From contig WJJK01000031.1 in the NCBI GenBank assembly GCA_014729705.1, positions 1 to 32,991 of the forward strand: a stretch of DNA of 32,991 bases. The letters run 5' to 3'. Position 1 is the stretch's first letter. Each line of letters begins with the position of its first letter. A program made the position numbers and the translations under genes. Origin of the DNA: Candidatus Altiarchaeales archaeon (GTDB lineage: Archaea > Altiarchaeota > Altiarchaeia > IMC4 > SCGC-AAA252-I15). Below the pieces are notes generated by a model that made no database searches, had not been told where the DNA came from, and was given only the letters and a program-made list of their open reading frames with translations. This document shows positions 1-8,000 of this stretch, in pieces.

Positions 1-1
1 C

Positions 2-1216
2 CCTACCACCGCAACGTCTCCGAACAAGTACTATATCACGACCTCGTCAGACATCGTTAAGGTCATCCCTGGTGTAAACCTGACCATCTCCTCGACGGAC
101 GGTGGGACGGAAGACAATACGGACGACACAGTCCTCCTGCAGACTTACGTCAAGACAGGGGACGAGCCCGATGTTGGTGACAACTACTATGTCACCTTCG
201 ACCGTACGAAGACCAACTACAACATCTCGTACCATACGAACATGAGAACTGTCCAGGCTTTGTACGGACCAATCGATGTGAATAACCGTGTGGTTCTGGC
301 GGCTAACCTGGCGTTTTTGAATGGTTCACGAGCCGTGGCTATTAAGCAGGTTCAGAAGACCACGGGTGGTACGGATGCCAGCGTACAGTCGTACATCAAC
401 GGCATAGATGCATTCAACGAGCCCCTCCCGAACGGTCTGCGGCCTTCATTGATTGAGCCGCTTTCAACCGAGGCTGAGGTGCACTCATATCTGAAAACAT
501 CGAATGCAATACAATCAAGCATCCGTTACCGTAACGAGCGCACTAGCATCATCGGTTTCTCGCTCGGTACCAGCTCTGACACGGTTATACAGCAGGTCAA
601 AAATCTTTCATCAGAGAAAGTGACTGCGGTTTATCCGGATGGTGCTATCGTTGGCATAACGGACGCCTTCGGTAACGAAGTAGAGTACGCGGTTGATGGT
701 TCTCTAGTCGCTACAGCGGTCGCCGGTAGAGATGTATCTCCGGTGTCTGATATTGCCACACCGCTTACGAATGCGACGATAGTAGGATTCAAGAGGCTGT
801 ATCAGAGAGCAGACAATGTCACGGCCTCTCTCGTAGCGAATGCAGGTTGTACCGTACTCGAGGAGCAGATTCCGGTCATAAGGATCTTGATGTATCTGAC
901 CACGGATATGTCGTCGTCCTTGACACGCGATCCTCGTATCGTAGAGGTGAAGCACTATGTTCAGCAGGGCTTGAGGAGAACTCTTAATAGGTATATTGGT
1001 GTCAAGAATCTCCCGAAGGTCCAGCCTCAGGTTAAGGATTCTGTAGGAAGTTATTTCAAGGCTTTGAAGAAGTCCGAGATTATCACGGACTACACAGGTA
1101 TAAATGTAAGCCAGAACGAGACGGATCCGAGTACACTGGATGTCGAGGCGTATTACAGCCCGGTCTTCCCGCTGAACTGGATAGTTGTTACACTGAACTT
1201 GAGAACTTCGCTGTAA
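2..1216 (+). CDS. Contractile tail sheath protein, C-terminal part (5' truncated)
   Basis: The frame of the 242..1216 ORF is open back to base 2 (PTTATSPNKYYITT...), so ATG242 is internal. Sheath-like C-terminus: AVYPDG..., VATAVAG, ATPLTNATIVGF, LVANAGCTVLE, YLTT, RIVEVKHYV..LR..L..YIG.K, I.DY.GI.V...DPS.LDVEAYYSPVFPLNWIVVTLNL. Confidence 0.88.
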   Translation, partial: PTTATSPNKYYITTSSDIVKVIPGVNLTISSTDGGTEDNTDDTVLLQTYVKTGDEPDVGDNYYVTFDRTKTNYNISYHTNMRTVQALYGPIDVNNRVVLAANLAFLNGSRAVAIKQVQKTTGGTDASVQSYINGIDAFNEPLPNGLRPSLIEPLSTEAEVHSYLKTSNAIQSSIRYRNERTSIIGFSLGTSSDTVIQQVKNLSSEKVTAVYPDGAIVGITDAFGNEVEYAVDGSLVATAVAGRDVSPVSDIATPLTNATIVGFKRLYQRADNVTASLVANAGCTVLEEQIPVIRILMYLTTDMSSSLTRDPRIVEVKHYVQQGLRRTLNRYIGVKNLPKVQPQVKDSVGSYFKALKKSEIITDYTGINVSQNETDPSTLDVEAYYSPVFPLNWIVVTLNLRTSL

Positions 1217-1257
1217 GAGAATGGGGTCCTCGCCCCATTCTCCACGGCGTATGGAGA
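1217..1257 (+). terminator. Stem-loop directly after the sheath stop (terminator or mRNA-stabilising hairpin)
   Basis: Perfect 10-bp inverted repeat GAGAATGGGG(1217-1226) / CCCCATTCTC(1233-1242) with a 6-nt loop. A second, overlapping stem is TCTCCA(1239-1244)/TGGAGA(1252-1257). No U-tract follows, so it is not a textbook intrinsic terminator. Confidence 0.5.
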
Positions 1258-1324
1258 TAAAATAAAAAGCTATCATAGATAGTTCACCTCAAACCGAGAA
1301 AAATGTGATAAAAATCTCATACAC

Positions 1325-1330
1325 GAGGAG
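1325..1330 (+). promoter_or_regulatory. Shine-Dalgarno site for ATG1338
   Basis: GAGGAG 7 nt upstream of ATG1338. Confidence 0.7.
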
Positions 1331-1337
1331 AGAAGTT

Positions 1338-2393
1338 ATGGATCGCATTGCGTTGTCGAAGAGACTGGAAGGTTTCTCTCAGGTATTCGCCGACGGGACT
1401 CCAATGGCACGTGACCTTAAGGCCATGTCTTACGTGCTTGCTAATATGAGCGACGAGAAGTTCGCGAACGTCGTGAACGCCAATTGGGGTGCCGATATGT
1501 CTGAAGAGGATAAGGAAGCATTTGTCCGCGGTATGCAGCCGGGTTATCAGCCCCGCGGCCCGCAGCAGATGATGCAGCAGAGGCGTCAGCGGCAAGAACG
1601 CCTCGAAGGTATGCCTGAGACACCGGTTTTTGAGCCGCGTGACCCGAAGGCTGCTTTGCAGGCACTTATGGCTAACCCTGCTGTACAGAAAGCAGTACAG
1701 AGTGACCCTAAGTTGAAGGGACTCATTAATCAGGATCAGCCTAAGATGGCTACCAAAGACTCTGAAGAAGCAGAGAGTTCAGAGGTTGGCGGCGGTTACT
1801 GGAATCGCGAAGCTTCATCAGCTGTTATGGCGGCTCTTGTAGAGGATGTCATAGGTAAAGAGGCTATGGAGAAGAGTGTTTGCTGTGACACTAAGATGCA
1901 TCTGGATAAGGAACAGACTCCGGATGGAGAGCACAAGCAGGAGACTCCCTCTACATTGAAGCCTGAGCAGACTCCTCATATTGATGAGAGTTTGGATAGT
2001 GATATCGTTGATGAGTCTAAGAAGACTTCTGTGAAAAAGGAAGCAGCGAAGAAGGATTCCGGACTCGAGGAGCTGAAGGAAGACAAGGCTGAAAAAGCTA
2101 AAGAGAAAGCCGAGAAGCTCGAAGACGAGGCAAAGGAAGATGCCGGAGAAGCCAAAAAGAAACTCGATAAGGCTGAAGAAGTAGAAGAGAAGGCCGAGGA
2201 TCTCGAGGTTAAGGACGATAAGGACGACGATGAGGATGAGATGCCTGTTGAGTCCAAGTCCAAGAAGAAGAAAGCTACGAAAGAAGAGGAGCCTGTACTG
2301 GCATCAGAAGGCGTAGAGTTGGTTCCTCCTATGCAGGAGATTGAGCTCAGTGATGATGAGGCCGCGAAGTTGGGCGCTCTCTTCTCTGAGTAA
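1338..2393 (+). CDS. Acidic, Lys/Glu-rich, largely low-complexity hypothetical protein (351 aa); possible virion-internal or scaffold-like protein
   Basis: Start moved from GTG1305 to ATG1338 because of the SD. Helical-looking N-terminus, a Q/M/R-rich patch and a long E/K/D/A-rich C-terminal half. No family recognised. Confidence 0.75.
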   Translation: MDRIALSKRLEGFSQVFADGTPMARDLKAMSYVLANMSDEKFANVVNANWGADMSEEDKEAFVRGMQPGYQPRGPQQMMQQRRQRQERLEGMPETPVFEPRDPKAALQALMANPAVQKAVQSDPKLKGLINQDQPKMATKDSEEAESSEVGGGYWNREASSAVMAALVEDVIGKEAMEKSVCCDTKMHLDKEQTPDGEHKQETPSTLKPEQTPHIDESLDSDIVDESKKTSVKKEAAKKDSGLEELKEDKAEKAKEKAEKLEDEAKEDAGEAKKKLDKAEEVEEKAEDLEVKDDKDDDEDEMPVESKSKKKKATKEEEPVLASEGVELVPPMQEIELSDDEAAKLGALFSE

Positions 2394-2402
2394 TCTGAGT
2401 AA
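2385..2402 (+). repeat. Perfect 9-bp tandem duplication TCTGAGTAA x2 spanning a stop codon
   Basis: TCTGAGTAA at 2385-2393 and 2394-2402, read directly. Confidence 0.9.
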
Positions 2403-2405
2403 AAC

Positions 2406-2412
2406 GAAGGAG
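2406..2412 (+). promoter_or_regulatory. Shine-Dalgarno site for the tail tube gene
   Basis: GAAGGAG 7 nt upstream of ATG2420. Confidence 0.75.
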
Positions 2413-2419
2413 ACACGAC

Positions 2420-3118
2420 ATGGCATCTAGAGATAGGGACACGTACGTACATCGCCTTGGTGTTACACCAGAGACGGCGTCGGTCATTAGTTCTAAGAAC
2501 AAGATATACTCTACTCCTGCGGATAGCGGGGGAGAGCTGTTCCAGATCGGCGTTGTGGCTACTTTCGACCCTAGTGAGACACGGGCGATCGAGCCTGTAA
2601 GAGGTATAGGCTACGGTGACCATGTCGCGGAGCTTGTGCCTGGTGTAACGGACCCGATGACTCTGACTGTGACAAGAACAGCGCAGTACTTGTCTATGGT
2701 CTATCAGATTTTTGGGTATAAGGGTGGTGTAGATGGTTTGGTCAGGTCTCTCAGGCATCATAAGTGGCCTTTTGACATGGTCCAAGAGATTGTGTTGAGC
2801 CAGCTTATCGCTGAGAAAGATCAAGACATCAGCAACAATCCGGGTGTTGACAATCTCAACCCGGACAATCTGCGCGCTGTTCTTACTTATTACGAGGGAT
2901 GTTGGATATCTGATTACAGCTCCAGTTACGCATCGGATGCTGCTCTCGTACAAGAAAATGTGACAGTGAACGTTACAGATATCATCGCCGATCCTGCTGA
3001 GGAATACGAGGAGACGGATGACCTCTTCAACCTGAACGCTATCTCGAGGATTATCACTCAGAGTAATGGTTACCAGGTAGGACAGCAGCCGGAGGTGAAC
3101 TTCAACGTCCAGACATAA
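2420..3118 (+). CDS. Tail tube protein (232 aa)
   Basis: Tube-fold pattern IGVVATFDPSETR.IEPVRGIG....ELVPG....TLTVTR...Y, then PFD..Q and LTYYEGCWISDYSSSY......VQENVTVNVTDI. Strong SD; located downstream of the sheath and upstream of chaperones and tape measure. Confidence 0.85.
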   Translation: MASRDRDTYVHRLGVTPETASVISSKNKIYSTPADSGGELFQIGVVATFDPSETRAIEPVRGIGYGDHVAELVPGVTDPMTLTVTRTAQYLSMVYQIFGYKGGVDGLVRSLRHHKWPFDMVQEIVLSQLIAEKDQDISNNPGVDNLNPDNLRAVLTYYEGCWISDYSSSYASDAALVQENVTVNVTDIIADPAEEYEETDDLFNLNAISRIITQSNGYQVGQQPEVNFNVQT

Positions 3119-3141
3119 CCTGGCGGGGCGTGGCTGCCGGG
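3119..3141 (+). terminator. GC-rich hairpin immediately after the tube stop
   Basis: CCTGGCGG(3119-3126) pairs with CTGCCGGG(3134-3141), including two G-U pairs, 7-nt loop, followed by a very AT-rich tract. Confidence 0.4.
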
Positions 3142-3245
3142 ATCAAATATTTAAATAAAATTCATATTGTTTTTACTTTTCGTATATAAAATAACATACG
3201 AATCTTACATAGCTACAATAGCATCCCACCTGTTATTCCCGCCTA
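3142..3245 (+). promoter_or_regulatory. AT-rich intergenic segment, probable promoter region for the downstream tail/baseplate operon
   Basis: Part of the longest non-coding gap in the window (3119-3339). Contains TATATAAAAT (3183-3192) partly overlapping and flanked by the inverted repeat TTCGTAT(3179-3185)/ATACGAA(3196-3202). No well-spaced sigma70 -35/-10 pair found. Confidence 0.4.
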
Positions 3246-3284
3246 ACGTGCCTAGCACGTATTTTATTCTTATTGCTTTTTATT
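3246..3284 (+). terminator. Possible intrinsic terminator or attenuator
   Basis: ACGTGC-CTA-GCACGT 6-bp stem (3246-3260) followed by T-rich ATTTTATTCTTATTGCTTTTTATT. Confidence 0.4.
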
Positions 3285-3339
3285 GTGTACACCGTCACTA
3301 CCCGCGGTGCGTGAAATTACATCATACAAGGAGATCGAA

Positions 3340-3951
3340 ATGAACACTCTGCAGAGTAAGCTGGAGAGTATCCTTAAGAGGCTTGATTATCGTAAAGAGA
3401 CTGAGTTTAGCGGCATCAAGTTTGAGATGTCTCTTCTTAATATCTCAGATGAGCAGAAGATGAACGCTATAGATTTCGGCGGAGAAGAAGATGACGGTTT
3501 GCTCTATTTCAATGAAATGCGCAAGTCTATACTCAGCCATGCCATACGGAAGATAGACGGTGAAGAGATACCTGATGTTGTGTCGATTCCTAGTGATGAA
3601 GATGGAAAAGAGGGAGTAACGAAAGAGCGTGCTATATATCTTCGCGAGTTTTTAGATAAACTCCCTACGGCTGTTACTGAGCACCTTTTTGAGGTGTACG
3701 TAGATCTTAAAGAAGAGGCAGAGGATAAGTTCGGCGATAACGTTAAGTACGAGTGGTTTAAGACTCCTGAAGTGCGAGAGAAAGAGAACGAAGAACGTAT
3801 AAGAAAGATGCGAGATCAAGCCCCAAAAAAGGACTCCGAAGAGTCCGAGGAGTCCGAAGAGTCTGAAAAATCAGAGGAACTCTTAGAGGGAGAAGAAGAG
3901 ATTACTTTGAGGCATGTGAAGGACGATGAGGTCGAAGAGAAGAAAGCATAG
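3340..3951 (+). CDS. Probable tail assembly chaperone (203 aa) with an acidic C-terminal tail
   Basis: Start moved to ATG3340 (AAGGAG at 3328-3333). Lies between tube and tape measure. The pattern ILSHAIRKIDG...LREFLDKLPTAVTEHLFEVY resembles myophage tail chaperones. Confidence 0.65.
   Translation: MNTLQSKLESILKRLDYRKETEFSGIKFEMSLLNISDEQKMNAIDFGGEEDDGLLYFNEMRKSILSHAIRKIDGEEIPDVVSIPSDEDGKEGVTKERAIYLREFLDKLPTAVTEHLFEVYVDLKEEAEDKFGDNVKYEWFKTPEVREKENEERIRKMRDQAPKKDSEESEESEESEKSEELLEGEEEITLRHVKDDEVEEKKA
3832..3876 (+). repeat. Imperfect 9-nt coding tandem repeat (xSE)5
   Basis: GACTCCGAA GAGTCCGAG GAGTCCGAA GAGTCTGAA AAATCAGAG encodes DSE ESE ESE ESE KSE. Confidence 0.85.
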
Positions 3952-3953
3952 CT

Positions 3954-5015
3954 ATGAATGTTCATGAAGCATACGATAATATAGAAAAAATCATATGCTA
4001 TGGTTTTCTTACAGTAGGTGTTACTATAGATGGTGTGGAGATTATACTTAAGAATATGACGGATAGAGAATATGAGAGGCTGCAGTTTTATGTGCTAGAT
4101 AAGGACAACACGGCCTCACAGTTTTTACTACAAGTGGCTATGGCTACTTTCATGATTAATGGCATAAACGTACTCGAAGACAGGCCGTGTAAGGTAGAAG
4201 AGCTTGTTTCATTTTACTCAAAACTTCCAAATCAATTTGTCCTACGCATTGTAGAAATCATACGAGAGCTTCAAGAGCGCTACATCGAGACTATACGCTA
4301 TCTGGAGGGGTACTGCTATACTGATGGGTCTCGGCAGCTGTGGAAATCAATTGGTGTAGATGGTTCTTTTCGTGTATGCACGGGTGTCCCGGGTATCGAT
4401 AGTGTAGGTATAAATCAGGTGCAACAGTCGTGGATGCTAATAAATAGACAGCTAGATGATGAAGTAAAATACGGACAGGATTTTGGACTGTCTATTATGA
4501 TATCTTCTTCATTTAACGCTAAAGGTGCTCGCTCAGTACAGAGGTCTTATGAGGTTCGTAGGGAGGAGCTTGATCAGCTTAGAAAAGACATAGCTAAGTA
4601 CGGATTTGATAAAAAGAGGATAAGCGAAGAGAAGAAGAGTAATCAATGGACAGCTCCTATTAAGAGCCGTGAAGATCTTGTGCGCGAGCTTTATCGGCAG
4701 ATACGAGGGAAAAAGGACAAGCACGATCTTTTTGTTGAGCAGTGGATAGAGCGGCAGAAGAAAGCCGCTGAGGAAGCTAAGAGGCGTGCAGAAGAGCGTC
4801 AGATTACGTTCAGAAAAGAACTCGAGAGCATAGACTTAGCTCAGGTTGAGCCTTCACGTCCTGTTACGATCGAGGAGATTCAGAAGGTAAAAGATAAACC
4901 TAAGGAAACAACATCAGATTACATATCTTCATATAAGAATTTAGACACAAGAGATAGGTATATCCAGAAGATAAGTGCGCGGGTTATACGTTCTACAGAC
5001 GATAAGAAACGGTAA
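3954..5015 (+). CDS. Second probable tail assembly chaperone / pre-tape-measure protein (353 aa)
   Basis: 2 nt after the previous stop. The N-half has a similar pattern to the preceding protein (VAMATFMING...LVSFYSKLPNQFVLRI); the C-half is a charged coiled coil. Directly upstream of the tape measure gene. Confidence 0.55.
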   Translation: MNVHEAYDNIEKIICYGFLTVGVTIDGVEIILKNMTDREYERLQFYVLDKDNTASQFLLQVAMATFMINGINVLEDRPCKVEELVSFYSKLPNQFVLRIVEIIRELQERYIETIRYLEGYCYTDGSRQLWKSIGVDGSFRVCTGVPGIDSVGINQVQQSWMLINRQLDDEVKYGQDFGLSIMISSSFNAKGARSVQRSYEVRREELDQLRKDIAKYGFDKKRISEEKKSNQWTAPIKSREDLVRELYRQIRGKKDKHDLFVEQWIERQKKAAEEAKRRAEERQITFRKELESIDLAQVEPSRPVTIEEIQKVKDKPKETTSDYISSYKNLDTRDRYIQKISARVIRSTDDKKR

Positions 5016-5020
5016 GAGCT

Positions 5021-8000
5021 ATGGCAGAACCAAATCTTGAGATGTATGAAAAGCTTGATAGGACTCTTGAAAAGATCAGTCAACGCCTGAATCTTTCTAA
5101 GACGTATGCTGGGCAGATGGCTGAGAAGATGGATTCTGTCGAGAGCCGCACGAAAAAGCTTAGGAAACAGGCTAGTAAATACACTAAAGAGCTTAGAGAG
5201 GCTCAGAAAGCCGGAGATCCGAAGGGTATTGCCTCTGCTGAAAAACGCCTACAGAGCGTAACTACTTACCTACAGCAGGTAGAGACTTTCACTAAAAGAG
5301 CATTTAATCCAGCGTTGGTTAAGCAACAGGTGGATCAGGGCAAAAACCTTACTAAGGTATATGCATCTGTAGCTGAAGAAATAGAACAAATATCCAAGCT
5401 CCAGACCAAAAAGGGTGGCTCGATGCCGGGCTATATGACTCCTAAGGTTGCTAAGGAGTGGGCTGAGAAGACACAGAAGCAGGTTGCTCTGGACTACGCT
5501 CGAGGTGCAGGAGCCGAGGCAGAGTACAAAGCTTATTCTGAGGCTGGGGAGAAGGGCCGCACAGATCAGGCTGTAGGATCCAGCACACAGATGCTGAGTA
5601 GTATAAAAGGTGCTATAGGGTCTAAAGGGGGTTTAGCTGGATTTGGGGATGCCTTTAAAAACCTTAAGGGTACCAAGGACACATTCCAGAAGATGCAATT
5701 AGCTATGGGGCTGACCGCGAAGAAGGGTATGGGTCTTGTTGGTACGATAGGTAGTTTAGCAAAGGCTTTTGGTATGCTGGCGAAAGCCAACATCATCGTT
5801 TTGATCATTACCGCTGTTATTCAACTTATTAAGAAAATGAATGAGTGGGACAAGATGATGAAAGGTCTTAATCAGACCTTTCTTAAGATGGCGGGCCCTG
5901 TTACTTTGATGGGAAGTTTATCGGAGGAAATGAGGGATTTCTCCGATGCGCTATATGATCTTAAGAGAAATTTAGATCTAGGTATAGATGCGAAGGAGGC
6001 TCAACAGGTTTTTCAGGGCTTCGCCTCAGCGGGTATGAGCCTTCAAGGGGTAAAGCGGCAGGTGGGGAGCTATGGTAATGCCATTAAGGAGGCCTTCTCC
6101 ATGAGCCGTCAGTTTGGTGTTGGTATGGAAGAAATGGGGGGTATGATTTCAGACCAAATGCTGAACCTGCGTAGTTCTTTGGATGAGGTTGGAAATGCTT
6201 TTGATAGGCTGTCCTTCGATGCTTCAGTAGCAGGCATAGAGTCTAAGAAGTTCTATACAGCTGTGGAAAGTGCAGCATCTTCCGTACGGTTCTATGGTAA
6301 CTATTTGGATTTCGCTTCAGGGATGATGCGTGATTTTGTACAGACAGGTACGATGGGATTTAAAGATGCCGCGGATCAAGTCACAAAAATCACAGGGGCT
6401 CTATCTAAGATGGATTTCACTCAGAGGATGAAAGCCGTAGGAGTTTTAGGTAGAGACTTTATAAAAAAGCTAATCGAAGGAGAGGCAGAGTCCCTCAATA
6501 AACTTGCGGAGACAGCAACCGGCGCAGAGCGCGAGCGCTATCTCAGTGAGCGGGATAGGTTGTTAGGGGTGGCTCAAAGAGGGATCCCTCAGGAAATGGC
6601 TATGATCCTTCCTCGTCTTACTAAGGACATACGTAAGATGATGGTTCAAGGGATGAGTGGTATGGATATTTTTGATCCTCGTCAGGTTGCTGGGGTACAG
6701 AAAAAACTTGAGGGTGTTTTAGGGATAGATTTTTCAGCCTTTGAGAAGGAGTGGAATTCTATAGAGGAGGCTATCACTGCTGTAAATTCTATTCTTACTC
6801 GTTCTGAAGGCAGCGTGTCCTCTTTATTCCAGAAAAATAGTTCTGCTGCGAGAGAAGCCGGTAGGATAATGGAGAAGTATGAGGGTAATGTAGATGGAAT
6901 GACTAAAGCCATGACAGAATTTCTTCAAGGTAAAGTTGGTGGCGAGGATTTACAGATGTTCCTCAATCTCCTTAAGAAAAGCCCTGAGGCCGCTAAGATG
7001 TTTGTATCTGGCGGTAAGGCAGCTTTAAGAGATTCTAAAAAGGTACAAGGAGCTATTCTTACTGATTTTCAAAAGATCAGCGAGAAAACCGCTGAGATGA
7101 CAGAGGGAAAACTTGACCAGTTAGTAAAAGAGACAACACCTCTTGAGAAGATGTTTAAAATATCAAAAGAAGGTATAGATTACGCAATGGCTAGTACCAA
7201 CTTAACTGAGGAAGTGGCAGGTGCTACTTTTGACATTGCTAAGAGCTCAAAGGGCATTCTTTCTGGGATACAGAATATAATTAGGATCCTTGGGTCTATC
7301 CCTGGTATAGGAGGCCAACCCGAAAAATTTAGAAAGAGTGATGATTATACAAAGCTTCAAGCAGAGTATGCCCGGCTAGAAGCTGCCCGGGCCATGAAGG
7401 ATGCTGATCTTGCAAAAGAGATACAAAGCAGGATAGATAAAATAGAGAAGAAATGGGAAGATGCTTCGGTTGAGTTTTCTAGTGCCGCGAAAAAAGGTAA
7501 AGATATGTTTATTGAGAGCGGCCGTAAAATCGATAGCTATACTAGGCGGGAAGAAGAACTTACTAAAGAAAGAAGAAAGCTTGCCTCTCAAATAAGAGCA
7601 GAGCGTGATGAGGCTGAGAAAGCCTCGCTTGAGGCAGATAAGCGTAAGCTTGACGTAGAACACGCAAATATTATAGGACAAAGGCTTGCCCTAGAGAGGA
7701 AGACTAAGTCTTTCATGTCTAGTAAAGGATTAGAAGGGGTTCCGGGTGCCCAATCCCAACACGTAACGGCTGCTACCAGAAAAGGTATACCCGCCCCTAA
7801 AGCTTTGGATCTTCTAGTCACTAAAACGGGAGTCCTTCCTTTTACTGTACAAGCTGGTGAAAGGATTGTGCCTAAAGAGGAAATGGGTGCCGGGGTACGC
7901 TTCCCAAAAGGACAGCTCACAGACTCAAGAACAGGCCTTGTTCCTGGGGGTGGGATGACGCAAACCACCCGTGTTGGAGACATCCATGTGCATGTCCAAG

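Noticed and set aside
242-244. ATG242 as the sheath start; likewise GTG1305, the 3283 start and GTG13129
   Set aside because: The sheath frame is open to the window edge. The others lack SD support or overlap the upstream gene, whereas ATG1338, ATG3340 and ATG13204 fit better.
704-1276. 190-aa minus-strand ORF, and the other short minus-strand ORFs across the window
   Set aside because: All lie antisense to long, motif-supported + strand genes and show no recognisable protein features.
1976-2953. 325-aa minus-strand ORF
   Set aside because: It is the antisense shadow of the Lys/Glu-rich gene and the tube gene (hence its Ser/Phe/Leu runs) and fully overlaps two well-supported + strand genes.
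3183-3192. TATATAAA as an archaeal TATA box implying an archaeal host
   Set aside because: A single AT-rich match with no purine-rich BRE upstream; the M23-like domain points more to a peptidoglycan-bearing bacterial host.
3820-3956. Lambda G/GT-type frameshift fusion of the two chaperone genes
   Set aside because: The -1 frame has stops at 3864 and 3927, and after 3929 there is no canonical slippery heptamer before the TAG at 3949.
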